From a virus (taxonomy: Duplodnaviria; Heunggongvirae; Uroviricota; Caudoviricetes), in IMG/VR virus record IMGVR_UViG_3300022555_000017, positions 64,001-127,545 of that record: a stretch of 63,545 bases of DNA. One strand, 5' to 3'. Below are positions 20,416 to 30,541 of the stretch, piece by piece. The position numbers were made by a program, and so were the translations under genes. Position 1 is the stretch's first letter; each line of letters begins with the position of its first letter. The notes beneath the pieces are model-generated. The model did not search any database. It was not told the origin of the DNA and saw only the letters and a list, made by a program, of their open reading frames with translations.

Positions 20416-21141
20416 TTATAATCCACCGGCTATACCTATACCAGCTTTACGAATTGTTTCTCTAACAGCACCTTGAGGTTGATCATATACATTAAAAAAT
20501 TGATATGAAAAGGTTACATCGACTGTTGATACCTCATTACTTCCATAATCTAATGAAACTTGCCCTATTGATTTTGGCCATGCATAATACAATTTATATA
20601 CTGAAATAGTATTTCCTGTACTATTTAATAGATATGCTTCTTGATTTACCATAAGTGAACTAGGTTTTGATTGCATATTTGATATAGGATCACGCATCAT
20701 TTTCTGCCAATCATGAAACTTTTTAAGTATATAACCCTCAGAATCCAAATTAAATGTAACAGTCCAATCTTCATATGTTTTATTTCCTGGCACTTTAAAT
20801 GTATTTCCCATCCAAGTTGAAGTCATATCTTCAAATGATGAAGATGGTAAACTAGATGATTTTACATAGAATGGTATATCAGCCATTGACATTTTTTTAG
20901 ACATTGTACCTATTTGCATACCAGCAACATCTACTCCTGCTAATGCGCCCGCTTCAGCCCCTTTTATAATAGCATCTGTTGGATTTGTAAAAATACTTCC
21001 GCCGCCAGATAATCCAGCCTCTAAACCTGTTAATAATGCATTACCAACGCCTGGAAATTGAATATTCATCCAAAACAAATATTGTCTTGAAACATCAGTA
21101 AATTTACTCTTATAAGTATTAATATCTATTTGTATATTCAT
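20416..21141 (-). CDS. Tail-tube-fold protein (gp19/gp54-like paralog)
   Basis: SSLPSSSF...W-x-G-x5-PG-x2-TYEDWTVTF...AWPKSIGQVSLDYGS...VTFSYQ. Confidence 0.8.
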   Translation of the reverse strand: MNIQIDINTYKSKFTDVSRQYLFWMNIQFPGVGNALLTGLEAGLSGGGSIFTNPTDAIIKGAEAGALAGVDVAGMQIGTMSKKMSMADIPFYVKSSSLPSSSFEDMTSTWMGNTFKVPGNKTYEDWTVTFNLDSEGYILKKFHDWQKMMRDPISNMQSKPSSLMVNQEAYLLNSTGNTISVYKLYYAWPKSIGQVSLDYGSNEVSTVDVTFSYQFFNVYDQPQGAVRETIRKAGIGIAGGL

Positions 21142-21794
21142 TATATCAATCCTGTAATTTTTCCGACTACACTTTTAATAATTTGATCTTTAAATGACTT
21201 TGTTATGCTACTAGTCTTTATAGGTTCAAAATAAGAATAACTAAATGTAATTTGAACTGTTGCATGCTCATTTGAAGAATAATCTAAAGCAACTTCACCA
21301 ATTGATTTAGGCCATGCATTAATTAATGTATAGCCAACTACTGTATTACCTCGACCATCCAGCAAAAAGATTTGCTGATCCTCTACAATATCAGAAAATG
21401 TATTTCTATTAAACTCGCCATCTTGAATTAAATTATTCCATTCATAAAATTTAGTTAATATTTCAGCATCCCCATCAATATTAAATGTTACAACCCAATC
21501 ACTATATGTTTTAAATCCTGGCATTTTAAGAGTTATAAACTGTATTTCATGCGATCTTTCTTCAAATTCTACTGCTGGTATATTAGCAGACTTAACCAAA
21601 TATGGATATTTATCTCTTGCAGAACCAAATCCAAATGGTGTAAGTGCTGAACTTACAGATTTTATTATACCTGTTAAAGCTGAATCACTAGAAGAAATCT
21701 CTGACGGAAAACTAAATAAACAATAAAATAAATTAGCTTTTTGAGCTTCTACAAATCTAGTTTTATATGTTTCTATATCTAACTGTACATTCAT
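21141..21794 (-). CDS. Tail-tube-fold protein (gp19/gp54-like paralog)
   Basis: SANIPA...PGFKTYSDWVVTF...AWPKSIGEVALDYSS...ITFSYS. Confidence 0.8.
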   Translation of the reverse strand: MNVQLDIETYKTRFVEAQKANLFYCLFSFPSEISSSDSALTGIIKSVSSALTPFGFGSARDKYPYLVKSANIPAVEFEERSHEIQFITLKMPGFKTYSDWVVTFNIDGDAEILTKFYEWNNLIQDGEFNRNTFSDIVEDQQIFLLDGRGNTVVGYTLINAWPKSIGEVALDYSSNEHATVQITFSYSYFEPIKTSSITKSFKDQIIKSVVGKITGLI

Positions 21795-21811
21795 TTTTTC
21801 TCCAAAATAAA

Positions 21812-21854
21812 AAAGTCCAAAAGGTATATTTTTTTAATATACCCTTTAGACTTT
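21812..21854 (-). terminator. Intrinsic terminator downstream of the tail tube gene
   Basis: 19-bp stem whose two mismatches both become G-U wobbles in the minus-strand RNA, followed by UUUUUUAUUUU. Confidence 0.8.
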
Positions 21855-21933
21855 AAATCCGTTGAGTTAAGTATCTCAAGTGGGTAACAACATATATTTA
21901 TGTTATTCTATGTAAACTGTCAATCTCTATTTA

Positions 21934-22467
21934 TTAAAATGTAACTCCTATCTCATATGAAGTCTTATCAATAACATGATAAATATATGAAAATGTAACC
22001 TGAACCTGTGCAACTTCACTTGCTGAATAATCTAAATCAATAGTGCCAATAGACTTAGGCCATGCGCCAACTAATTTATATTTTATAGTTGTATTACCTT
22101 CATGGTCAAGTAGTTCTAATACCTGATCTGCCATATAAGTGCTTGGTTTATTAGCCTTATTACTTGTTGGATCATGAATTAATCTAGCCCAATCATGAAG
22201 CGATTTAATAACATCAGATTCAGCATCAACATTAAATGTAACTGTAAAATCAGAATAAGTATATTTTCCAGCAAACTTGAAATCAAATCCTTGCCAATTT
22301 GTTGTTATTTCTTCGGTAGTAGTTTCAGGTAAAGTAGTTGTTCTTACAAGATAAGTAAGTTTATCAACATTTGTAGTAATAGGAAAATTAGGCTTATAAT
22401 AAAACAAATATTGTTTTGCTCCACCTTGAAATGACGCTCTATATGAATCTATGTTAAAATTAGGCAT
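21934..22467 (-). CDS. gp19: Tail tube protein gp19
   Basis: TTLPE...WQG...AGKYTYSDFTVTF...GAWPKSIGTIDLDYS...VTFSY; 177 aa, directly downstream of the sheath gene. Confidence 0.9.
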   Translation of the reverse strand: MPNFNIDSYRASFQGGAKQYLFYYKPNFPITTNVDKLTYLVRTTTLPETTTEEITTNWQGFDFKFAGKYTYSDFTVTFNVDAESDVIKSLHDWARLIHDPTSNKANKPSTYMADQVLELLDHEGNTTIKYKLVGAWPKSIGTIDLDYSASEVAQVQVTFSYIYHVIDKTSYEIGVTF

Positions 22468-23344
22468 TCTTTATACCCTCCAAAATAAAATTGTCTATCT
22501 TATTAAAAATATTATATCTATCATTTATTAACTCTTGCTCTTTAATAACAAGTATATTTATACCTTTCTTAAAACATTGTTTCTTTTTCATTTCATCATG
22601 CCATTTTACTTTATCGTTATTATGCCAGTATTCACCATTATATTCTATAGCTTTTTTCATTTCAGGTAGCCAAATATCAAGTTCTAAATTTTTACCTGTC
22701 CAGTAATTTTTAACTTGCATTCTATCATTTTCTAAAATAATACCTGAATATATTGTTTTAACGTATTCAACTATTTTCTTTTCTGGCTTAGAACCACCAC
22801 TTATATTTTTACACAATGGGCATCTTTGACCCTGTTGAAAATCATTATATCTCATTAAAAATTGGTGCCCTTTAATACATTGTAATCTTAATTTAGATTT
22901 ATTAGCTATGTATTCATTAGATAATAATTTATAATCAAAACTTTCTATGTACTCTTTAATTTCATTTAATATTTTCTTAGGCGTACCAAAACATTCAGGG
23001 CACCTTTGACCCGTATAAAAATTACCATATCTCATTTTAAATAAATGACCTTCAGGGCATTGTAATTTTAATTTAGAAAGAGCATTAATATATTCAGTAG
23101 ATAATAATTTATAGTCAAAACTTTCAATATATTCTTTAACCTTTTCTATTGTAAGTTTTTTATTGCCAGCACATTCTGGGCATCTATGACCTTGTTGAAA
23201 ATCACCATATTTTATATTAAATATATGATTTTCAGAACACTGCAATTTTAATTTAGCCCTGCTATCTATATAAACACTATTTAATAACTTATACCCATTA
23301 TCTTCAACATATTTTTTTACATCGACATAATCCAACTTTTTCAT
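22460..23344 (-). CDS. Free-standing putative homing endonuclease: three ~60-aa zinc-finger repeats plus PD-(D/E)XK (Vsr/DUF559-like) domain
   Basis: Three C-x3-H-x13-C-x2-C units; C-terminal LELDIWLPEMKKAIEYNGEYWH. Confidence 0.82.
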   Translation of the reverse strand: MKKLDYVDVKKYVEDNGYKLLNSVYIDSRAKLKLQCSENHIFNIKYGDFQQGHRCPECAGNKKLTIEKVKEYIESFDYKLLSTEYINALSKLKLQCPEGHLFKMRYGNFYTGQRCPECFGTPKKILNEIKEYIESFDYKLLSNEYIANKSKLRLQCIKGHQFLMRYNDFQQGQRCPLCKNISGGSKPEKKIVEYVKTIYSGIILENDRMQVKNYWTGKNLELDIWLPEMKKAIEYNGEYWHNNDKVKWHDEMKKKQCFKKGINILVIKEQELINDRYNIFNKIDNFILEGIKNA

Positions 23345-23363
23345 AAAACTTCCTTTATTCTTA

Positions 23364-23416
23364 ATACCATATTATATAGTTTATCAACATAAATGTAAAC
23401 TATATAATATTGGTAT
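23364..23416. promoter_or_regulatory. Long inverted repeat overlapping a minus-strand sigma70 promoter (TTTACA 23399-23394, 17 bp, TATAAT 23376-23371)
   Basis: Arms 23364-23383 and 23396-23416; inner 15 bp perfect with one bulge beyond; exact 17-bp promoter spacing. Confidence 0.7.
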
Positions 23417-23425
23417 AATGTCTAA

Positions 23426-25180
23426 TTACACTGCTGCTAACTCAGAGAACGATGCCCCTGTTTTAGTTGCAATAAAGTTAAGAACAATAAATTCTGCGGC
23501 CCTTGTTGGCTTAATATATATGTCGCACCACAGCTCATTTCTATCAATTCTTTCAGGTGTATTATTTGTTGCATCGCAAACAATCATGTAATCATACACA
23601 CCTCTACGACTTCTAACATCTCTCAAAAACGGATCAATCATGTTAATCAATTGCAATCTTGTTAAATCATCATTAGGTTCAAACAAGAAATACTTTGCTG
23701 CTGTACTAATTGCCTTTTCAAGAATAATGAATAGTCTACGAACATTAATTCTATTAAATGCTGATTCCTTCTGTAACAATGTTTTCTGTCCCCAAATAAC
23801 TTTACCCTGACCAGAAAAACTTACAATAGGATTCAAGCCATTCTTATAAAGAAGGTCACGATCACCCAATGTAGGATTCCATGCTAATCTTCTAATATTT
23901 GTAATAAGTGCTCTATTCAAACCAGCTGGCGCAAACCAAGGATCAGAAACATTATCTGTATTAGCTACAATTCCAGCTACATGACCAGATGCTGGGCACC
24001 AACGATATTTACCATTCCATTTATCATATACCTCAATCCAGTTAGAATAAATAGATGCGTAACTTGTATTTTCATTTAATGTACCGTTTCTATATTCCAT
24101 TAAATCAACTGTTTCATTTCCTTTATTAAATACGACATCGCCATACATACAATCAAGAATTGCAATACAATCCTTTCTTGCTTCGCATATAGTTATCAAC
24201 TCTTGCTTTACGCCTGTTGATTTATCAGAATCAATGAAAATATTAACATCAATCTCTTCTGGATTTGCATAAAGATCAAAACCTGCAATAATTATAGGAT
24301 CGGTAATTTCAGTCCCTAATGAAGTTATAGTTCCACCATCAGAATCAATACCACCACCAAACTGTTGCCATGCTGATGTTGAAATAGTGATTGTTGCATT
24401 AGAAATCAATTCATTTCCTGATATTCTAATATAATTTGATTGCGCATTTATTACTGTTTCAACAAATTTCTTTCTACCCTGATCATCAACACGATTCTCA
24501 TCTGTTGAAACATTCCATACTTCCTTTGTTTCCCATTCAGCAGATGATGCTGATGTATTTACAGCATTTTGGGGAAGAACTTGAACAATAATAAGAAAAT
24601 CCTTATTATCTGTTAGTTGGCTATCTATTCCTCTAATAACGCTAAATGTTTCCCAAGATGCATTTGTAGATGTTCTTGCAATAGTATTATAAGTTGCATA
24701 ATCTACTACTGCTACTCTAATATTATTTCCCCATGAACCCCTAGATGAAGCAATAAGCCAGAAAGGATCGGAACCAGTAACAGTCTCTGACCCAAATTCA
24801 TCAGGATCATCGCCATCCATATCCATTAATATAAATGCCGAACCAGATGCGTATGCTGTAAATGTTGTTGCCGCACCACTAGCAGCCTTTGTACCAGCAA
24901 AAGTTGCTGATGTTGGCATTGTTCTTGTACAATAAAGTGCAGAACCATATTTTAAATAACCAGAAGCTGATAAAATATCCTCATAACATCCTGAATATGA
25001 TGTTGGTCGCCCAAATGTATCAATGAGTTCATTTACATTTGTTATAAGTGTTGTTTTATTCTCCGGGCCTTTATATGTTCCTCTTAAAACAGTTGCTGCT
25101 ATTGAAGTCGCAACAGCTGGAATTGTTGTTGTAAGATCAATCTCATTAACATCTACAACAGGACTTAGATAAAATGCCAT
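23426..25180 (-). CDS. gp18: Tail sheath protein gp18
   Basis: MAFYLSPVVDVNEIDLTT, PWFAPAGLNR, GQKTL, FNRINVRRLF, FEPND and IKPTRAAEFI. Confidence 0.97.
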   Translation of the reverse strand: MAFYLSPVVDVNEIDLTTTIPAVATSIAATVLRGTYKGPENKTTLITNVNELIDTFGRPTSYSGCYEDILSASGYLKYGSALYCTRTMPTSATFAGTKAASGAATTFTAYASGSAFILMDMDGDDPDEFGSETVTGSDPFWLIASSRGSWGNNIRVAVVDYATYNTIARTSTNASWETFSVIRGIDSQLTDNKDFLIIVQVLPQNAVNTSASSAEWETKEVWNVSTDENRVDDQGRKKFVETVINAQSNYIRISGNELISNATITISTSAWQQFGGGIDSDGGTITSLGTEITDPIIIAGFDLYANPEEIDVNIFIDSDKSTGVKQELITICEARKDCIAILDCMYGDVVFNKGNETVDLMEYRNGTLNENTSYASIYSNWIEVYDKWNGKYRWCPASGHVAGIVANTDNVSDPWFAPAGLNRALITNIRRLAWNPTLGDRDLLYKNGLNPIVSFSGQGKVIWGQKTLLQKESAFNRINVRRLFIILEKAISTAAKYFLFEPNDDLTRLQLINMIDPFLRDVRSRRGVYDYMIVCDATNNTPERIDRNELWCDIYIKPTRAAEFIVLNFIATKTGASFSELAAV

Positions 25181-25214
25181 TTGTTATATCCTCCTACCAA
25201 ATAAGGTTTGTATA

Positions 25215-25252
25215 TATTTATAAAACTTTTGTATTTCACATTATTATTTATA
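25215..25252 (-). promoter_or_regulatory. Two T4-type late boxes TATAAATA (25215-25222 and 25245-25252) upstream of gp18
   Basis: Two exact matches in the gp3-gp18 gap, ahead of an AGGAGG RBS. Confidence 0.7.
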
Positions 25253-25275
25253 TTTATTTATGAAAAACATCTTTT

Positions 25276-25773
25276 TTATACAACTTCATATCTATCATAG
25301 GAAAATGTTACATCACCTTCTAACTGAGCTTCACCTTCCCTGTTAGATAATGTTATTTCTCCTAAAGATATTGGCCATATATTCTTAAACATAACCTTTT
25401 GTATAGTTTCGTGATAATTATTTGTTATAAGTAAAGAGGCATCAACCATATACTCATTTACTGGTCTTGTTGGCTTAATAGAATTATCAGTTATATACAT
25501 TAACCAATCAAATAACAGTTTCCAGTTCTTTAGCTCTGAGTCCACAATATAATTTATAGTCCATTCACTAAAAGTAATACCGCCTACATGGAAATGCATC
25601 TTTTTTCCTTGCCAATCAGAATCAGTTGGCTCCAATGCTACAGAAGGAATAATAGTACCATGAACATTCAATATAAATTCTTTATTTTCTCCTATAATTA
25701 ATTTATGAGGTAATAAAGGAAATATCAATTCATAATTACAAGCTGTACCTTTATTTAGATTTATATTATTCAT
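25276..25773 (-). CDS. gp3: Tail tube terminator / completion protein gp3-like
   Basis: IIPSVAL...GGITFSEWTINYIVDSELKNW...FDW; T4 synteny between gp15 and gp18. Confidence 0.78.
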   Translation of the reverse strand: MNNINLNKGTACNYELIFPLLPHKLIIGENKEFILNVHGTIIPSVALEPTDSDWQGKKMHFHVGGITFSEWTINYIVDSELKNWKLLFDWLMYITDNSIKPTRPVNEYMVDASLLITNNYHETIQKVMFKNIWPISLGEITLSNREGEAQLEGDVTFSYDRYEVV

Positions 25774-26581
25774 CTAAATTAAACACCTCATATCGAGATA
25801 AAATAGCGGCATCCTCATCATATCCTAATCCTATTATAGCTGTTGATTCTGCTGGAATGCCTTCTGGTTTAGGTACTGTTTCTAAACCACCCTTTAATTC
25901 ACCACTAGATACTACTGTTGAACTTGTATTTCTACTACTCCATGTTTCAGTATCTATATAATAATTGGTATAAATTTTATCAATAAGTTTAGAATCATCA
26001 ATAGGTTTAAATAACCATGTTTGTGCAGTAAAAGTACTAGACCATTTCAATACTCTTGCCTCTTCTTCATCAGCATCTTCTGTCATTTCAGGTGTACATG
26101 ATTCTAAAATAACCTTAACTTCTACTTTTGTATCCAACTCTGGTATATCAATTCTCATAAAAACATGAGGCGCAAAATAAGGTAATATCTGTTCATACAT
26201 TTGATCAATATCAACCATGTGTAAGGCCCACATCGTCATATTAAATTCTAAATTATATGGTACGGCATTTTTATAATAATCAACTGACAATTCTGGTATT
26301 GATTTAGAAATCGTAATATTTTCATGCCTTGCACCCATTCTATTAGGATCATATGAGATACCTTGAAGTTCAACTGTTATCATTGGTAACATTTCTTCAG
26401 TCTTTTGTTGATTTCTTATAAACATATATGCTTTAGACTTTGGGCCAAACTTTATAGGAACATTAACTTGCCTTAATACATTTCCGTCAATATCATATCT
26501 AGCAATATAAATATCATTAAATATATCAAGAAATTGAATGATAGTTTTTCTAAATGTTTTATAAAAGAAATATTGTTTCAT
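25766..26581 (-). CDS. gp15: Tail sheath stabiliser / completion protein gp15
   Basis: FRKTIIQFLDIFNDI...VPIKFGPK...LPMI...VPYNLEF...QILPYF. Confidence 0.92.
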   Translation of the reverse strand: MKQYFFYKTFRKTIIQFLDIFNDIYIARYDIDGNVLRQVNVPIKFGPKSKAYMFIRNQQKTEEMLPMITVELQGISYDPNRMGARHENITISKSIPELSVDYYKNAVPYNLEFNMTMWALHMVDIDQMYEQILPYFAPHVFMRIDIPELDTKVEVKVILESCTPEMTEDADEEEARVLKWSSTFTAQTWLFKPIDDSKLIDKIYTNYYIDTETWSSRNTSSTVVSSGELKGGLETVPKPEGIPAESTAIIGLGYDEDAAILSRYEVFNLDE

Positions 26582-26594
26582 TTATCTCCTAATT

Positions 26595-27242
26595 TTAATA
26601 GCCATAAATTTTAGTATCTACATCACTATATGTATCTATCGCCACACTTTGTTCTTCAATATATTCATTATCACCAAATGCTGTAATAGATGGCGTTTCT
26701 GTTGTAATATTTGATGAAACACCAGCAGCGGATTCTGATTCTTCTGAATATCTGAAAGGCTTTAAATTTAATACCCAAATCAAACTTTTTAGCATAAAAA
26801 TTTTATCATCTTGAGCCACATGAAGAACTTCAAAACTTCTACTAAAATATGGTATATAAATAGCATCTCCAACTAAAGGAATGGTAGAACTATTAGCAGA
26901 ATCGGGGTCTGTAGGATCAACATCACGCCTATAAACTGACTGTGGAATGTGTGCTATAATAGAATCTGTTGCTAACATACCAAACATAGAATATACAGTA
27001 GGAACATCGCCTACATCATAGATAATCTTTGTTTCTTTTCCTTCAAGGTACTCAGCATTCTGTGTTTCACCATATAGCTGATCAGGTGGTACAGATGGAT
27101 CACGCCTATAATATGTGCATGCAATCCCAGTTATATCAGTAAATTCAGCAACAAGAGATTCAGCTAACTGATGGTCTGGATTATCAGTTAGATCATATAG
27201 ATTCCAAGTAGGCTTGTTTAGTGAATCCTGTGGCAATCTCAT
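26595..27242 (-). CDS. gp14: Neck protein gp14
   Basis: E-x4-G-x2-C-x-YY-x-R, LYGE, YSMFGM, PLVGDAIYIP and F-x-YS-x-E motifs; follows gp13. Confidence 0.85.
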   Translation of the reverse strand: MRLPQDSLNKPTWNLYDLTDNPDHQLAESLVAEFTDITGIACTYYRRDPSVPPDQLYGETQNAEYLEGKETKIIYDVGDVPTVYSMFGMLATDSIIAHIPQSVYRRDVDPTDPDSANSSTIPLVGDAIYIPYFSRSFEVLHVAQDDKIFMLKSLIWVLNLKPFRYSEESESAAGVSSNITTETPSITAFGDNEYIEEQSVAIDTYSDVDTKIYGY

Positions 27243-28095
27243 TTATTATCTCTATACTCCAACCATTATATTTTTTATTTCTCTTTAAATTATACGAAAC
27301 AGTACTTCTATTAAGATTATTATCAACACAAAATTTTCTTAAACTATTTGTTATGTATTCAGTTCCTTCTGGTGATATAAACTTATACATATTCTTAACC
27401 ATTTTTTCTCTTTGCTTTTCTTTTTGTTCATCGGTAACAGGAACAGACTTTTTAACACCTATATGATTTTTGGACATTTTTTCTTTTATACTATCAGCCC
27501 GTTCTTTACCAAATCTATCTTCAAATGATTTATCTTTATTAGATTTATTATATTCACTAAAATTATAATTTACAACACCCTTTCTTTTTTCGCTGATTTT
27601 TTTTCTTACATCCAATCGTTTTGCTGGATTTTTATCACCTAGCATATCAACCCTAATCTTACCATACATGGGGTTATTTTCACCAGAATTTAAAACACTT
27701 ATTCTTTTACCCCATTCTTCTCTATATTCATCACTTACATTAAGCCAATAGTTTTTATTACTTTCACTTATATTTTTTCGTGTATCTTCAGTAGGACACC
27801 AACCTAAGTTACCTTCGCCACCTAAAGTTAAATTATAACCATTTGGCCTTTGTGTATTCAACTCTTTTATATAATATATTTCTCTTTCATTTAAATCATC
27901 TTTACTTAAACATTCACAAAGTATAGACCATTTAAAATTCTCATTACCATATTTTCTTATTGCTCTATGTAAATAATAACTGCTATCATTTCTTACATCA
28001 CATAAATGCTGTAATTTTCTTTTTTCTAAACTTTTTACTGTTTGTCCAATATAACAACTACCATTTATTAGATTTTCAACTTTGTATATTAACAT
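27193..28095 (-). CDS. Free-standing GIY-YIG homing endonuclease (Seg-like) with NUMOD3-like DNA-binding region
   Basis: MLIYKVENLINGSCYIGQT...R...H...E...GYNLTLGGEG; GENNPMYGK. Confidence 0.9.
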   Translation of the reverse strand: MLIYKVENLINGSCYIGQTVKSLEKRKLQHLCDVRNDSSYYLHRAIRKYGNENFKWSILCECLSKDDLNEREIYYIKELNTQRPNGYNLTLGGEGNLGWCPTEDTRKNISESNKNYWLNVSDEYREEWGKRISVLNSGENNPMYGKIRVDMLGDKNPAKRLDVRKKISEKRKGVVNYNFSEYNKSNKDKSFEDRFGKERADSIKEKMSKNHIGVKKSVPVTDEQKEKQREKMVKNMYKFISPEGTEYITNSLRKFCVDNNLNRSTVSYNLKRNKKYNGWSIEIINEIATGFTKQAYLESI

Positions 28096-28120
28096 ATAAA
28101 ACCTCCCATGTGTTTTTATA

Positions 28121-28128
28121 TATTTATA
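28121..28128 (-). promoter_or_regulatory. Late box TATAAATA upstream of the GIY-YIG gene
   Basis: Exact match 26 nt upstream of the ATG, with a GGGAGG RBS between them. Confidence 0.65.
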
Positions 28129-28153
28129 TCAAAGTTTAACCAATGTAAATGTC

Positions 28154-28930
28154 CTACCCTATGAGAAACCCAAGGCCCTCTGTCACCTCTTCCAATCGCA
28201 ATTGTTCTTCTAATTTTTCCATTTCTGCCTGCCCTTCACTTATTAAAGAATCACCATCCATTGCCAATCCAGTATTACTACCTATTGCTGTAAAATTAGC
28301 AAACTTTGTTCTTATTCGTCCTAATGTCATTTTACACATTGCTGTTGCATAATCTGTAAGCCACATATTATTATATAGATCATCAGGTTCGCCTTCTGCC
28401 ATATACGCTCTAACTAAAATAAAGCCAGGTGTTTCATATGTAATATCATTAATTGTTAATTGACCACCATAAGGCGGTGTAGGTTTTATTTCTAGTTGAT
28501 TAGTATATTGATGGTATATAAAACTATAAGCATCAACTACATATCTTTTTATTGTTTCTAAAAATCCTCTTGCTATATGATAAGAAACCATATCATAACC
28601 AGAACCAGCACTTCTCATCAACAACTGATCATACATACCCTGATTGTATAAATAATTTTCTATTGTAAATAATGTATGAATAGAACCAGCTGATTGAGTA
28701 CTATACCCTATGACTTCAGTTATATTCGCTGGCATATCATAAAAGGCTTCACCAGCTGACAGCATTAGAGTAAAAAACACTTCCTGCGTTGCTTGACCCA
28801 CAGCCCATTTTATATACTTTGTTCTTGCATAGTCTATAGCATCATTAATTTGCATTGGATCAAGTTCTATCTTTACAACAGGGGCGCCCAATCTGCGTTT
28901 AATCTTTTCGACCATATCAGATTTTTTCAT
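28154..28930 (-). CDS. gp13: Neck protein gp13
   Basis: IKRRLGAPVVKIEL-x3-QI-x-DAID, W-x2-DYA-x-A-x-CK-x3-G-x-I-x2-KF, MDGDSL. Confidence 0.93.
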   Translation of the reverse strand: MKKSDMVEKIKRRLGAPVVKIELDPMQINDAIDYARTKYIKWAVGQATQEVFFTLMLSAGEAFYDMPANITEVIGYSTQSAGSIHTLFTIENYLYNQGMYDQLLMRSAGSGYDMVSYHIARGFLETIKRYVVDAYSFIYHQYTNQLEIKPTPPYGGQLTINDITYETPGFILVRAYMAEGEPDDLYNNMWLTDYATAMCKMTLGRIRTKFANFTAIGSNTGLAMDGDSLISEGQAEMEKLEEQLRLEEVTEGLGFLIG

Positions 28931-28964
28931 ATTTACATCCTCGATAAAATATATTCAATACTAT

Positions 28965-28972
28965 TATTTATA
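28965..28972 (-). promoter_or_regulatory. Late box TATAAATA upstream of gp13
   Basis: Exact match in the gp17-gp13 gap. Confidence 0.6.
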
Positions 28973-28979
28973 TATTATT

Positions 28980-30536
28980 TTAATTGATGTTATAATCCTG
29001 CAGCCAACTGAAGTCATCATCAGTTTCAGTAGATACATCACTCAAAAATCCCCATACTTCTTCTTCACTATTGTTATTGACAGGTTTAGAATCCATTAGA
29101 TCATAATCATCTATAATGTTCATCTCTACAAAATAACAAGCCCAATACAATGCAGAAACTAAATCATCTGGTAAATCCTTCCCCATAAAACGACCATTTG
29201 ATTCAATAAAAGAACCTAACTGATATACTGTATCCTTATCATATATATCTACGCACTTATCTTCTATCAGTTTTTTCATTAATAGAACAGCTCTAGGTTT
29301 TGTATTTTTACTAGCTCTAATACCTAAGTCTGCATTTTTACTTCCAGTATTTACTAAGTTAGAGTTCTCAAATTCCCACCATAGTCTATTCACAACAGCA
29401 GAACCTTCTGAGTTATTTTCACACATAATATAAGCATTGTTATAATAGTATGATAATCTATTTATAATCTCTGCGAACAAATAAACATCTGTCTGATTAT
29501 CATTATATACGGCAACTTGTTGATACTTCAATGGTGTTAAACTTATAATCTTCATGATCTGTAATGTAGAAGCATTTTCACCAGTTCCTTTAGCAGTATC
29601 AGCACCAATAATATACTGTGCACCAGCTTCAGGTTCTTCATAAACAGAATACTTATTACCCATTTCTGTTTTTATAGGTTCTCTAACATTATCAAATAGG
29701 TATTCAAGTGTAACAGGGTCTATAACTGTATTTGTAGAACCTAAAAACTCACAGGCATATTCCTGAGTAAACTTTACCTTACCTAAGTTCTTTAATTGCT
29801 CTTGCGCCCAAGCCTCATCACGGCCAGGCACTTCTCTCCAAGTAACACGAATATGTTTAAATGTATTCTCTCCACGCTCTGCTTGACTGTATATCCTATG
29901 AAATAGATTGAACACTCCATTAGGTGTTGAAATAAGAATAATCTTTGCATCCTCAGAAGCTGAAATGGTCGGATAGTTGGCTGCCCAAAAATCTTCACAT
30001 ATACCTTTAGGAACGAATGCTATTTCATCACATATAAGTAAGTTGATTGTTCTACCACGGAAAGCATCAGGAGAAGTTGCGGATACTATTATTCTTGTAC
30101 CATTATCAAATAAAATAAAAGTCTTAGAATATTCACGGACACCCGGCTTTAACCATATTGGTAGCTCTTCATACATCAATTTAATTCTACTCATAATATC
30201 TATAGCTGATGTCTGCTTATTAGATACTATACCGATTGTTTTATCAGAATTAAAGATTGAAAACCACAAAGCATAGACTGAAACAACAGTAGTTTTTCCA
30301 GCTTGTCTTGCGCATAGAGCACAAACAAATCTATTGTCTGCCATTTTTTTAAGAATTGTTTTTTGAAAGGAATAGGGTTCAAATTCAATTCGGCCCCTAT
30401 CAGGATGGACAATCTTTATATATTGTAAAAAATTGTTTATATTTGTCGAACAATTTAATAAGGCTCTTACATCTTCAGGCTTATATTCAAACTGCTCCTC
30501 TGGCCTCTTCACATAATCATTATACTTAATACCCAT
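28980..30536 (-). CDS. gp17: Terminase large subunit gp17
   Basis: ARQAGKT (Walker A), LLICDEIAFV (Walker B), ISTPNG, FTQEYACEF, IGADTAKG nuclease domain and DDLV. Confidence 0.97.
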   Translation of the reverse strand: MGIKYNDYVKRPEEQFEYKPEDVRALLNCSTNINNFLQYIKIVHPDRGRIEFEPYSFQKTILKKMADNRFVCALCARQAGKTTVVSVYALWFSIFNSDKTIGIVSNKQTSAIDIMSRIKLMYEELPIWLKPGVREYSKTFILFDNGTRIIVSATSPDAFRGRTINLLICDEIAFVPKGICEDFWAANYPTISASEDAKIILISTPNGVFNLFHRIYSQAERGENTFKHIRVTWREVPGRDEAWAQEQLKNLGKVKFTQEYACEFLGSTNTVIDPVTLEYLFDNVREPIKTEMGNKYSVYEEPEAGAQYIIGADTAKGTGENASTLQIMKIISLTPLKYQQVAVYNDNQTDVYLFAEIINRLSYYYNNAYIMCENNSEGSAVVNRLWWEFENSNLVNTGSKNADLGIRASKNTKPRAVLLMKKLIEDKCVDIYDKDTVYQLGSFIESNGRFMGKDLPDDLVSALYWACYFVEMNIIDDYDLMDSKPVNNNSEEEVWGFLSDVSTETDDDFSWLQDYNIN

Positions 30537-30541
30537 AAAAA

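Noticed and set aside
28980-30536. Intein or intron in the terminase large subunit
   Set aside because: ATPase and nuclease motifs are contiguous in 518 aa with no splice-junction signatures.
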